64,000 nucleotides of DNA from an uncultured Ohtaekwangia sp. Its GTDB lineage: Bacteria; Bacteroidota; Bacteroidia; Cytophagales; Cyclobacteriaceae. The position numbers and the translations under genes are program-made. Each line of letters begins with the position of its first letter. Position 1 is the stretch's first letter. Below the pieces are notes generated by a model, which worked only from the letters and a program-made list of their open reading frames with translations, did not search any database and had not been told where the DNA came from. This document shows, piece after piece, positions 40,558-49,490 of this stretch. The DNA lies in assembly GCA_964429845.1 (NCBI GenBank), contig CAYSCT010000012.1, positions 18,412-82,411 on the forward strand. The letters run 5' to 3'.

Positions 40558-41849
40558 GATATTACAGTACCAATAATCGGAACAAACTGGTAAGCCTGAA
40601 AGAGGCGGTGTTGAAGGGGCTGGCGCCCGACCAGGGTTTGTATATGCCCGAGCGGATCGAACCGCTGCCAGCTTCATTCTGGCAAAATATCACAACCTAT
40701 TCTTACCAGGAGATGGCCTTTCATGTGGCGAAACAACTATTGGGGCATGCACTACCAGATGAAGATCTGCAGGGTATGGTAATGCACACGCTGTCCTTTG
40801 ATACTCCGGTAGTGGAGGTGGAAAAGGATGTGTTTTCGTTGGAGCTTTTCCACGGGCCTACGCTTGCTTTCAAAGATGTGGGTGCACGCTTTTTATCTGG
40901 TCTGCTTGGAGTCTTCGCCCGGAAGATGAACCGTGAAGTGATCATTCTGGTAGCCACATCAGGCGATACCGGCAGTGCGGTGGCCAACGGCTTTTTGGGG
41001 GTGCCCGGAACACGGGTGGTGATCTTATTTCCGTCAGGGAAAGTGAGCCAGATACAGGAGAAACAATTCACTACATTGGGTCAAAACACGGTAGCTCTTG
41101 AGGTTGATGGAACATTTGATGATTGTCAGCGCCTGGTGAAACAGGCGTTTTCTGATGCGGAGTTGACAGACCAACTCTTTCTTTCGTCAGCCAATTCCAT
41201 CAATATTGGCCGGTTAATTCCCCAAACGTTTTACTATTTCCGGGCCTACCAGCAACTCTGCTCCTTGGGCCGGCCTTTACAGTTTTGCGTACCCAGCGGC
41301 AATTTTGGTAATCTAACGGCAGGGCTATTGGCTACCCGTTTGGGATTACCGGCTCGCCCATTTATTGCGGCCACCAACCTTAACGATGTGGTGCCGCGGT
41401 TTTTAAGGGGCGAAGCCTTTGCGCCACGTGTTTCCATGAGTACCGTGAGCAATGCCATGGATGTAGGTAACCCCAGTAACTTTGCCCGTATGCTTGATTT
41501 GTATCAGCGCGATGATGAGGCGGTTCGACAAGCGATATGGGGAGCCACCTTCGATGACGCTGCCACCCTTCATGCCATGCGGGACGTTTGGCAGCGCACC
41601 GGCTATCTGCTCGATCCCCATGGGGCCGTTGCTTATTTGGGATGCCGCCAATACCACGATTCGCGAACCATGCGTGTGTTTCTTGAAACGGCCCACCCAG
41701 GCAAATTCAAAGAGGTGGTGGAACGAGCGGTAGGGCAGGAAATAGCACTGCCCGACAGGTTGAAAAAGTTTTTGGGTGCAGCGGCCCACACCGTAAAGAT
41801 GACGAATGACTACAACGCGCTGCGGGAATACCTCAAGCAGTTGGCCTGA
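40554..41849 (+). CDS. thrC: Threonine synthase
   Basis: FHGPTLAFKD PLP lysine, ATSGDTG, PSGNFGN, TAHPGKF. Confidence 0.96.
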   Translation: MRYYSTNNRNKLVSLKEAVLKGLAPDQGLYMPERIEPLPASFWQNITTYSYQEMAFHVAKQLLGHALPDEDLQGMVMHTLSFDTPVVEVEKDVFSLELFHGPTLAFKDVGARFLSGLLGVFARKMNREVIILVATSGDTGSAVANGFLGVPGTRVVILFPSGKVSQIQEKQFTTLGQNTVALEVDGTFDDCQRLVKQAFSDAELTDQLFLSSANSINIGRLIPQTFYYFRAYQQLCSLGRPLQFCVPSGNFGNLTAGLLATRLGLPARPFIAATNLNDVVPRFLRGEAFAPRVSMSTVSNAMDVGNPSNFARMLDLYQRDDEAVRQAIWGATFDDAATLHAMRDVWQRTGYLLDPHGAVAYLGCRQYHDSRTMRVFLETAHPGKFKEVVERAVGQEIALPDRLKKFLGAAAHTVKMTNDYNALREYLKQLA

Positions 41850-41856
41850 TCATGCA

Positions 41857-42504
41857 CTAACGCCACCCTTGTTCACCCAATAGCGGCACGAAAGCAAAGT
41901 TGTCGAACGTCTCTGTGGTGAGCTTGCCCTTTCTTTTGGTGATGCGGAGCATCTTTTGCGATTCGCGATTGCCCACTGGGATGATCATGATACCGTTATC
42001 GGCCAGTTGGTCGGTGAGGGCCGTAGGCACGATGGGTGCACCGGCTGTTACAATGATTTTATTGAAGGGCGCTTTTTGCGGCAAACCTTTCGAACCGTCT
42101 CCCTGAAACAAAAACAACTTGTAGCCCAACAGCGGCAAGAACGCCTTTGTTTTTTCGTACAACTTTTTGTTGTATTCAATGCTGTAAACCGTAACGCCCA
42201 TCTCAGCAAGTATGCAGGCCTGGTAACCCGAGCCGGTGCCTATTTCCAGCACTTTGTCGCCTGGTTGTAGCTCCAGTTTTTCCGTTTGAAACGCCACCGT
42301 GTAGGGCTGCGAAATGGTTTGTCCTTCACCTATCGGAAAGGCTTTGTCTTCGTAGGCGTGGTTCAGCAAGGCATTGTCGAAGAAGAAATGCCTCGGAACT
42401 TTGCCCACAGCGTCTAAAACGCGCGTGTCGCGGATGCCTTTTTCTTTCAGCTTTTTTACCAGTTTGTTGCGCAAACCCCGGTGTTTGTAGTTGTCTTCGA
42501 GCAT
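41857..42504 (-). CDS. pcm: Protein-L-isoaspartate O-methyltransferase
   Basis: GQTISQPY, LEIGTGSGYQA, IIVTAGA, FVPL; start set at ATG 42504. Confidence 0.95.
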   Translation of the reverse strand: MLEDNYKHRGLRNKLVKKLKEKGIRDTRVLDAVGKVPRHFFFDNALLNHAYEDKAFPIGEGQTISQPYTVAFQTEKLELQPGDKVLEIGTGSGYQACILAEMGVTVYSIEYNKKLYEKTKAFLPLLGYKLFLFQGDGSKGLPQKAPFNKIIVTAGAPIVPTALTDQLADNGIMIIPVGNRESQKMLRITKRKGKLTTETFDNFAFVPLLGEQGWR

Positions 42505-42517
42505 GTGCCTTTTTAAG

Positions 42518-42733
42518 ATTTCCACACAGCCTTGTGGATGGTTTGTGGATTAAAAAACTCTGTTTCCATGCGAAAAAACGGCTTTTTGAGGGCTTTGCAA
42601 AGTTTTATAAAATGTTTAGGAAAAATGAAACTGATCGTCCTAATTTAGGGTTCTCATACACACAGTAAAAGCTTTTTGCCATAGCGTAAAACTGTGTTAA
42701 ACCTGACCCTGACAGTAGGTGGTTTTTACCACA
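42518..42733. other. Cluster of six DnaA-box-like 9-mers in a non-coding region (candidate oriC or DnaA-regulated site)
   Basis: Near-matches to TTWTNCACA at 42518(+), 42533(-), 42544(-), 42654(+), 42693(-), 42725(+); AT-rich stretch at about 42595-42630. Confidence 0.35.
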
Positions 42734-42769
42734 CTACTGCATGGGCAGGGAAACTCAAAAAAATCCATT

Positions 42770-45469
42770 TCAATTACCGATTAAGATGAAAGGCGCCCAA
42801 AAGTAGGGGTCTGCAAAGTGCTTTTCCTGAATCATCTTCTGTTTGGCTTTCTGAAGGGCTATTTTGTAATTACCACCTGGGTCGGCCAACAGAAATCGGT
42901 AAAAATCTGTCATCAATTGGGTAGTAGATTCATCGGCCACACTCCAGAACGATACCACCAGGTTTTTGGCACCTGCATAAACCAAAGCACGCGAAAGACC
43001 AATAACACCTTCTCCTTTCGATACCTTTCCCAAGCCGGTTTGGCAGGCAGATAATACAGCCAGATCTGCAGAGAGCGACAGATTGTAAATTTCTCCGGCA
43101 TATAAATTACCATCTTCATGGTTATCTGTATTAAGGAATATGCGCGACAGCTCCGGGTTACGTTCGTCTACAATGCCATGCGTTGCAAAGTGTAAATATT
43201 TATACTGACTAAGATCTGTTTGTTTGATGGTTGTTTCGCTTGCCTGGGTGTGCGTTACCACATCGCTTTGGTTTCCAAAGAGCAATGAAATGGTGTTTAC
43301 CTCTATTTCGCTTCCAGGTAAAAATCCAAGCCCATTGTTGTTGGTAAATTCCACCGGGGCACACAAGAAAATAGATTTTGAATTTTGCTTGCCTTGTACC
43401 TTGGCCTTTTGCAAAAGCAAACCTGCCGAGAATTCGTAGCTAATGCCATACCTGGTAGCCAGAAAAGACTGTGACGCAAAATCGCCTTTTACTTTTTTGA
43501 TAGGTAACGCTTCAAAGGGTAGCGTAGCCAAGCGGCCCGCAGGTAGTAACGTAACTTCTGTTATGCGGGCAGGTAATGGAGGCACCAGCAATTTACGAAG
43601 CCGATCGGCCGTTTGGCTATAGGCATCGAACGAACGGTAATACAGGCTGTTCATCCAACCTTTCGCCAATCGCTCGAAGTCGGTGGGGAGGGCGAGGTTG
43701 CGAATACGGAAAGCGTTTCCCGTAAGGATGAATTGATACAGCCGCCCGGTTTTTTCTGCTACAAAGTAACTTATAATGGCCTGCTGCTCCTTAAGGGAGC
43801 TTTGAAGTTCAGCGATGGTGGGGGCCGTTGAATTGAACTTCAGATTGTAGTAGTTCGGAAATTCACTTTCCAGCCTTTTAATAAAGTTGGCATAGTCAAT
43901 ATTCAGTTGAAAGAGGGTTTCTCGCAGGTATTTTTCTTCTTCCGCATTGGGTTTACCACTTAACTTCTGCGATAAGAAGGAAATGGCAGCCTTCAGATTT
44001 TTTTCTTCCTCCAACAAAGCTGCCGGTATCCCTGAAAAGGATTTGGCCTGTGTATCAGCTATTGATTCCTGCAATACAGCCGATTTACTTTTCTCGGCAA
44101 AATAAAAAGCTTCATTGATATACTTTCGTTTGTCTAAAACTACATCGGTGATCTCAAGCGCAATTCGGACACCATCTTCATATAGTTCTGTTGCAAGTTC
44201 CCCCAAGGATAATTTGTCACTTTCGTTTGAACTTTGGTGTCGTAGATTATCGATTAGTGTGTCGCAAGAATGAAGACATTTGATAGCGAACTTTAAATCA
44301 TTCAAACTTAGCGTCATAGTAGCATAGCGTATTTCTAAAGCTTTAGCCTTATAAAGAAAAGAATACATCAAAGCTCTTGCATTGTAATAGCCAGATGTTG
44401 CTGGATTAATTCTGCTGTCCATTGTATTGAAATTAGGGACATTAGCGATCATTGCCTTTTGATAACACATCATTGCACTATCAATATCATTCTTACTTAC
44501 ATAAACGTTGCCAAGTAAATTAAACGCATAAGCGAGATCCGGACTTTTGGTTCCAAAATGCATTGAATAGATATCGATAGCTTGTTGTATAAATTTAGTT
44601 GCTGATTGTGGTTTTTTGACACCGAGATACGATCTACCTAAGTTAGTAAGCACAATCGCTTGAGAGGGATGCGGATTGGGGTAAATAGATTCCCAAACTT
44701 TTAGTGCACGCTCAAAATGAATTATCGCATCTCCATAAAGGTTTTGTGACAGATATGCAATGCCAAGATTTGTATTAATAACAGCAATCTTCGGATGATC
44801 TTGACGATACAAAGAGGAATAGGCTCCTAACGCCATTTCATAATAATCAAGTGCCTTGTTGGCATCTATTTCTAAATAAGCGAGTCCCAAATCGTTATAA
44901 GAAGCTGCAATCAAACTCACATTATTTGGGGCTTTCTCTTTCCTTATTGCCAGCGCTAATTGTAGCTGTTCAACAGCTTTTGAATAGTTACCAACTACCA
45001 CCAAAGTATTCGCTAATAATGACAATGCATTTGCGGTCTCGAGACCATTTTCCTCTTTCATAAGGATAGGTATTGCCTCCTCTAAACTATCAAGTGCTAT
45101 ATCTGACCTACCTTTGTTCATGTTTAGGTAAGCAATAGTACATTTCAGAAGCGCTGTATTCAATTGCTTTTGATCAAGATTTGGAAGAAGACTTTTTAGG
45201 TTCTCAATTTGAATTTCAGCTTCATAAAGTAGCCCAAGTTGGATTAATGCAAGTGCTTTTTTATTATTCAAAAAGAATGTTAGCTCTCCATTTATTTGCT
45301 CAAATCTGTCAATCTCGGAGATCGCAAGTTCATATTTCGATTCAAAAAGTAATTGTTCAATGCGATCCAAGGCTTTCGTATGGTTGTTATCCTGTCCGTA
45401 AACTGCGTCCTTTGCTAGGAAACTAATCAAGAAAATTGCTACTAACTTTAAGATTCGTGGATAACTCAT
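42770..45469 (-). CDS. Exported TPR-CHAT (caspase-like, peptidase C14/CD clan) protease
   Basis: Signal peptide MSYPRILKLVAIFLISFLAKDAVYG-Q; kinesin-light-chain-type TPRs (HPKIAVINTNLG); CHAT dyad LHFATHG and LSACQTG intact. Confidence 0.92.
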   Translation of the reverse strand: MSYPRILKLVAIFLISFLAKDAVYGQDNNHTKALDRIEQLLFESKYELAISEIDRFEQINGELTFFLNNKKALALIQLGLLYEAEIQIENLKSLLPNLDQKQLNTALLKCTIAYLNMNKGRSDIALDSLEEAIPILMKEENGLETANALSLLANTLVVVGNYSKAVEQLQLALAIRKEKAPNNVSLIAASYNDLGLAYLEIDANKALDYYEMALGAYSSLYRQDHPKIAVINTNLGIAYLSQNLYGDAIIHFERALKVWESIYPNPHPSQAIVLTNLGRSYLGVKKPQSATKFIQQAIDIYSMHFGTKSPDLAYAFNLLGNVYVSKNDIDSAMMCYQKAMIANVPNFNTMDSRINPATSGYYNARALMYSFLYKAKALEIRYATMTLSLNDLKFAIKCLHSCDTLIDNLRHQSSNESDKLSLGELATELYEDGVRIALEITDVVLDKRKYINEAFYFAEKSKSAVLQESIADTQAKSFSGIPAALLEEEKNLKAAISFLSQKLSGKPNAEEEKYLRETLFQLNIDYANFIKRLESEFPNYYNLKFNSTAPTIAELQSSLKEQQAIISYFVAEKTGRLYQFILTGNAFRIRNLALPTDFERLAKGWMNSLYYRSFDAYSQTADRLRKLLVPPLPARITEVTLLPAGRLATLPFEALPIKKVKGDFASQSFLATRYGISYEFSAGLLLQKAKVQGKQNSKSIFLCAPVEFTNNNGLGFLPGSEIEVNTISLLFGNQSDVVTHTQASETTIKQTDLSQYKYLHFATHGIVDERNPELSRIFLNTDNHEDGNLYAGEIYNLSLSADLAVLSACQTGLGKVSKGEGVIGLSRALVYAGAKNLVVSFWSVADESTTQLMTDFYRFLLADPGGNYKIALQKAKQKMIQEKHFADPYFWAPFILIGN

Positions 45470-45541
45470 ATATCGATTGTGGGTTGTCAAATTACAAAAA
45501 TGCCTTAGTCAATAAATTTACTCATCTAAATTAATATTTGT

Positions 45542-45775
45542 ATGAAGATTTCTATTAGAACATTATTGCTGTCTGTGATGATTACGGCTGGTTATATAAC
45601 TACTGGTTGCGTTTGTAACTCCACAACCCGAACTGTTTATGGTGACAGTGGCGGTTGTAGTGACTCTGGGTATTGTACTCCGGGCGTGCCTACACCAATT
45701 TATCGAGAAACTACCACAGTATGTGAGGGCTGGTTTTCAACCACAACTTCTACTATTCGCGAGGAGATCAAATAG
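45542..45775 (+). CDS. 77-aa secreted or lipo-peptide, Cys/Thr-rich
   Basis: Basic n-region, hydrophobic h-region, TTG-C23 lipobox-like site; 5 Cys and 16 Thr; fills the whole gap between two genes. Confidence 0.7.
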   Translation: MKISIRTLLLSVMITAGYITTGCVCNSTTRTVYGDSGGCSDSGYCTPGVPTPIYRETTTVCEGWFSTTTSTIREEIK

Positions 45776-45784
45776 GCTCTATGG

Positions 45785-46714
45785 TCAGAATCGGTAAAAG
45801 TAGGTTACAGACGATACAAACTCGCGGGTAAGGCCATCGGGATTCACTTTGCGTTGAATGATTTTGTGGCCCAACAGTAGTTTAATTCCCGATTGTACAT
45901 TGAAGTTATAGCCCGTGGTAAAGATACCCGATAACGCCATCCCTTTGGCATCTGGAGACCTGGTAATAGAGCCATCTCCCTCTATGATTTGATCGCGTGT
46001 AATCCGGTAAATGGGCAACAATCCCAAAGAAAAATTGACACGCGAGAAGCGGAAGTTACGCTCTGCGCGCAGCATGACATCGGTGCCGCGCGTAAGCAGG
46101 TTGCCCTTGGGATATTTTTCGATATAGGCCATGTCTTGATCGCTGCCAGTCCAGCGGCTCCACAAAAACTGATTGTTGTTCTGGTTAAGCGGCACCTGTA
46201 TGCCCGTGGCGAACAACCACTTCCGGTTAATGAGCGACAGACCCGCGATGGCATCGTACGTGCCCAGGCTGGTTTGGTAATACATGGGCAGGGGGAACCC
46301 GTCAATGTCTTTGTCGGAATTGTTGGTTGGGATTTTGCCACCCAACGAGAGGTTCAAGTCAAATTGGTCGGACGTGAAGATATTGCGTGTAAAGCAGATG
46401 GAAATATCACCCATGCCAGAAGTGTTGGCTAAAGTTCCTGTAACAGCCTGATAGGGTAACTTGAGTTGGAATGTGTTACGACTGTTAAGGGAGAAGTTCA
46501 TATCTGCGGTGGCCACATAAATGATGGGTGTAAGGCTGGTGGTGCCCCTGTACAAGTTTAACTCCATCGAACGCAGCTTGACGGCTATTTTTTTGTTATA
46601 GGGCTGGTCGGGTTTCATGGCACCCATGGTGCAGAAGCCCGCATCGCTACAGCCTTGTGTCCAACCGAAGTGTGTTGCGAGGCAGAGCATCGAACACACG
46701 AGTATTTTCTTCAT
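45785..46714 (-). CDS. Conserved Bacteroidota outer-membrane beta-barrel with N-terminal CSDAGFC motif
   Basis: Signal peptide then Q-GCSDAGFCT; YQTSLGTYD; C-terminal TYFYRF beta-signal. Confidence 0.75.
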   Translation of the reverse strand: MKKILVCSMLCLATHFGWTQGCSDAGFCTMGAMKPDQPYNKKIAVKLRSMELNLYRGTTSLTPIIYVATADMNFSLNSRNTFQLKLPYQAVTGTLANTSGMGDISICFTRNIFTSDQFDLNLSLGGKIPTNNSDKDIDGFPLPMYYQTSLGTYDAIAGLSLINRKWLFATGIQVPLNQNNNQFLWSRWTGSDQDMAYIEKYPKGNLLTRGTDVMLRAERNFRFSRVNFSLGLLPIYRITRDQIIEGDGSITRSPDAKGMALSGIFTTGYNFNVQSGIKLLLGHKIIQRKVNPDGLTREFVSSVTYFYRF

Positions 46715-46829
46715 AAAACAGAGAATACGCTAAGATAGGAATGCAACCAGCATTGTCAAAGGTGAGCGGTAAAAACAAAAAAAAACTGTAGTATGTGCCA
46801 CAGGTTTTTTGCTGGTGTAAGTAAAAAAG

Positions 46830-47810
46830 TTACATACCAAGAGACTGGTTTTCGATCGAAGCCAGTTCGATGATTTTTTCGTATTCGGTTGCGTTCAGAT
46901 CGTTGAAGAAGTAGTGGATGGGATTTACCTGGCCCCCGCTAATCAGCACCTCGTAGTGCAAATGAGGTGCGGTAGAGAGCCCCGTGTTGCCCACATAGCC
47001 GATTAACTCGCCACGCTTTACCTTCTGGCCTTTGCGAACGGCAAAGCCGTGCATGTGGGCGTAGCGTGTGCGGTAGCCAAAGCCATGATCTATCTCCAGC
47101 ATTTTGCCGTAACCACTAAAGCTTACCTGCACTTCGTCTACTATGCCATCGGCTGTGGCATAAATAGGTGTGCCAATGGGCGCTGCAAAGTCGATGCCGG
47201 TGTGCATTTTCTTTACCTTGTAAACCGGGTGCACACGCATACCAAAGCCAGAAGCCAATGCAATCAACTCTTTGTTGGCAATGGGTTGTATGGCTGGTAT
47301 GGCCGCGAAGAGCTTCTCCTTATTTTCGGCCAGTTGCACGATTTCATCCTGCGACTTTGACTCGATGTAGATTTTGCGTTTTAGCTTATCTACCGCTTCG
47401 CTCAACTGCACAATGGTTTCTTCGTGCACCATGGATTTGTCGCGTATATCTGCATAGCGGTCGGCCCCGCCAATGCCGGCATCGCGCACCGATTTTTCAA
47501 TAGGCTCCGCCCCCAACACCACCCTGTAGATGTTGTCATCGCGGTGCTCCATGTCGGCCAGAATGAGGTTGAGTTTGTCTACTTCCTTCTGCAGGTTTTC
47601 GTAGTAGTACTCCATCTCCTTTACCTCGTTGCGCAGAATCAGTTCTTTGGGCGACTCGAAATAGTTGTTGTACAGCAGCAGCAGACCCACGGCCAACCCC
47701 AGCACTAGCGAAAAGAAACCGAGGGTATTCAGAATGATGTCACCGGTAGAGGTGCGTACCCGCTCGTACTTACAGGTTTCGGTGTCGTAGTAGTATTTAA
47801 TCTTTGCCAT
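46830..47810 (-). CDS. M23 family metallopeptidase
   Basis: MHTGIDF, YAHM, STAPHLHYEV; N-terminal TM helix and coiled coil. Confidence 0.93.
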   Translation of the reverse strand: MAKIKYYYDTETCKYERVRTSTGDIILNTLGFFSLVLGLAVGLLLLYNNYFESPKELILRNEVKEMEYYYENLQKEVDKLNLILADMEHRDDNIYRVVLGAEPIEKSVRDAGIGGADRYADIRDKSMVHEETIVQLSEAVDKLKRKIYIESKSQDEIVQLAENKEKLFAAIPAIQPIANKELIALASGFGMRVHPVYKVKKMHTGIDFAAPIGTPIYATADGIVDEVQVSFSGYGKMLEIDHGFGYRTRYAHMHGFAVRKGQKVKRGELIGYVGNTGLSTAPHLHYEVLISGGQVNPIHYFFNDLNATEYEKIIELASIENQSLGM

Positions 47811-47813
47811 AGC

Positions 47814-48350
47814 TTAAACAGTTTGCGGGCGAAATGCTTTGATCACGGTTTCGTTGCACACCAGAAATGGCCCTTCCAACAAATCGATGCAATACGGTAT
47901 TGCAGGGAAGACAGCATCCAGGCACTGACGGATGGACTTGGGTTTTCCGGGCAAATTTACGATTAATGTTTGATTGCGGATGCCGGCTGTCTGCCGCGAC
48001 AGGATGGCCGTAGGCACGTATTGCAGGCTTACGCTGCGCATCAGTTCGCCAAAGCCGGGCATCATTTTGTGGCATACGGCCTCTGTGGCTTCCGGGGTTA
48101 CATCGCGCGAAGCGGGCCCTGTGCCCCCGGAAGTAACAATCAGGCAGCATCCCTGGTTATCGGCCATGTCTATCAGGGTGCGCTCAATCAGGTCCTGCTC
48201 ATCGGGTATAACGGCATAAACCGGCTGCCAGTCGCTAACCAAGTACTCGTTCAGCGTGGCCACAATGGCCTTACCGGGCAGGTCTTCATAAATGCCTTTG
48301 CTGGCGCGATCGCTCACATTGATGATTCCTATTTTGATGGGCTTGCTCAC
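47814..48350 (-). CDS. mog: Molybdopterin adenylyltransferase (Mog / gephyrin G-domain)
   Basis: VSDRASKGIYED, TSGGTG...RDVTPEAT, SRQTAG, NLPGKP; true start is GTG 48350, overlapping the trhO stop as GTGA. Confidence 0.92.
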   Translation of the reverse strand: MSKPIKIGIINVSDRASKGIYEDLPGKAIVATLNEYLVSDWQPVYAVIPDEQDLIERTLIDMADNQGCCLIVTSGGTGPASRDVTPEATEAVCHKMMPGFGELMRSVSLQYVPTAILSRQTAGIRNQTLIVNLPGKPKSIRQCLDAVFPAIPYCIDLLEGPFLVCNETVIKAFRPQTV

Positions 48351-49408
48351 GAAGTCAGAACTTGGGTGGATTCCGTTTTTCTCAATTTTTCTTTCAGGTC
48401 TTTGGCCCTTCCTTTTTTGAACACCTGCCGACCCTTGTTGATGCCGGCACGGAGCGCTTTTTGTTCTTCTGCCGGCAGCGCGATGATGTACTTGCACTCG
48501 TCTGAGCAGCAACCATTGTATTGCTCTGCGCAGCTTTTGCATTGTATAAACAACAAATGGCAGCCATCGTTCTTGCAATTGGTGTGATCATCGCACGGCT
48601 GCCCGCACTGGTGGCAGGTGGCAATTACATCGTTGGTAATGCGTTCACCCAGTCGTTCATCGAATACAAAATTCTTGCCTATGAATTTGTTTTCAAGTCC
48701 CTGTTCTTTCACCTGTCGTGCATACTCAATGATGCCTCCGTTCAGCTGAAAAACATTCTTGAAACCGCGGTGCTTCATCCAGGCACTGGCTTTCTCGCAG
48801 CGTATGCCGCCTGTACAATACATCAGCAGGTTTTTGCCTTTGTGTTCATTCAACAAATCTTCGGCCACCTGTAGTTCTTCGCGGAAGGTATCTACATCGG
48901 GACAGATGGCGCCCTTGAAATGGCCCACTTCACTTTCATAGTGGTTGCGCATGTCGATGATGAGCGTGTTGGGATCATCGGCCAGTTTGTTAAAGTCGGC
49001 AGCATTTACATGCGCTCCGGTATCGGTTACATCGAACGAAGCATCATCCAGCCCATCGGCCACAATCTTTTTGCGAACCAGTATTTTCAATTTGAAGAAA
49101 GACCGGCCATTGTCTTCCACCGCGAAATTCAAGCGGATGCCGTTCAAGAAAGAGATGCCATACAGGTAATCGCGGAAGGACTCGCGGTTTTTGGCCGGCA
49201 CGCTGATCTGTGCGTTAATGCCTTCGCTGGCTACATAAATTCTACCCAGCACGCCCAATTGCTCCAGATCGCGAAAGAGCTTATCGCGAAAAGACTGCGG
49301 ATCTTGAATGTGGTGGTATTTGTAGAAGGAGAGGGTGATCCTCTGTTCGTTCGATTGGCGAATCCACTCCTTGAGCAGACGGCCTTCAATTTTGTTGTAT
49401 AGCGCCAT
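48347..49408 (-). CDS. trhO: Oxygen-dependent tRNA uridine(34) hydroxylase TrhO (YceA rhodanese family)
   Basis: SFYKY, EGINAQ, DMRNHYESEVGHF, YCTGGIRCEK, FVFDER. Confidence 0.92.
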   Translation of the reverse strand: MALYNKIEGRLLKEWIRQSNEQRITLSFYKYHHIQDPQSFRDKLFRDLEQLGVLGRIYVASEGINAQISVPAKNRESFRDYLYGISFLNGIRLNFAVEDNGRSFFKLKILVRKKIVADGLDDASFDVTDTGAHVNAADFNKLADDPNTLIIDMRNHYESEVGHFKGAICPDVDTFREELQVAEDLLNEHKGKNLLMYCTGGIRCEKASAWMKHRGFKNVFQLNGGIIEYARQVKEQGLENKFIGKNFVFDERLGERITNDVIATCHQCGQPCDDHTNCKNDGCHLLFIQCKSCAEQYNGCCSDECKYIIALPAEEQKALRAGINKGRQVFKKGRAKDLKEKLRKTESTQVLTS

Positions 49409-49458
49409 AAACCAAGGATTAATGGCAGGTTAACCCGGTTTTTTGATGAAACAATCCG

Positions 49459-49466
49459 CAAAGATA
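49459..49466 (-). promoter_or_regulatory. -7 element for the trhO-mog-M23 operon
   Basis: TATCTTTG on the minus strand. Confidence 0.55.
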
Positions 49467-49490
49467 AGGTTACGGATTGCTTATCGCAAA

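Noticed and set aside
48351-48578. Long N-terminal extension on Mog, as given in the ORF track
   Set aside because: It is an off-frame read of the trhO 3' end; the GTGA overlap gives a normal-length Mog
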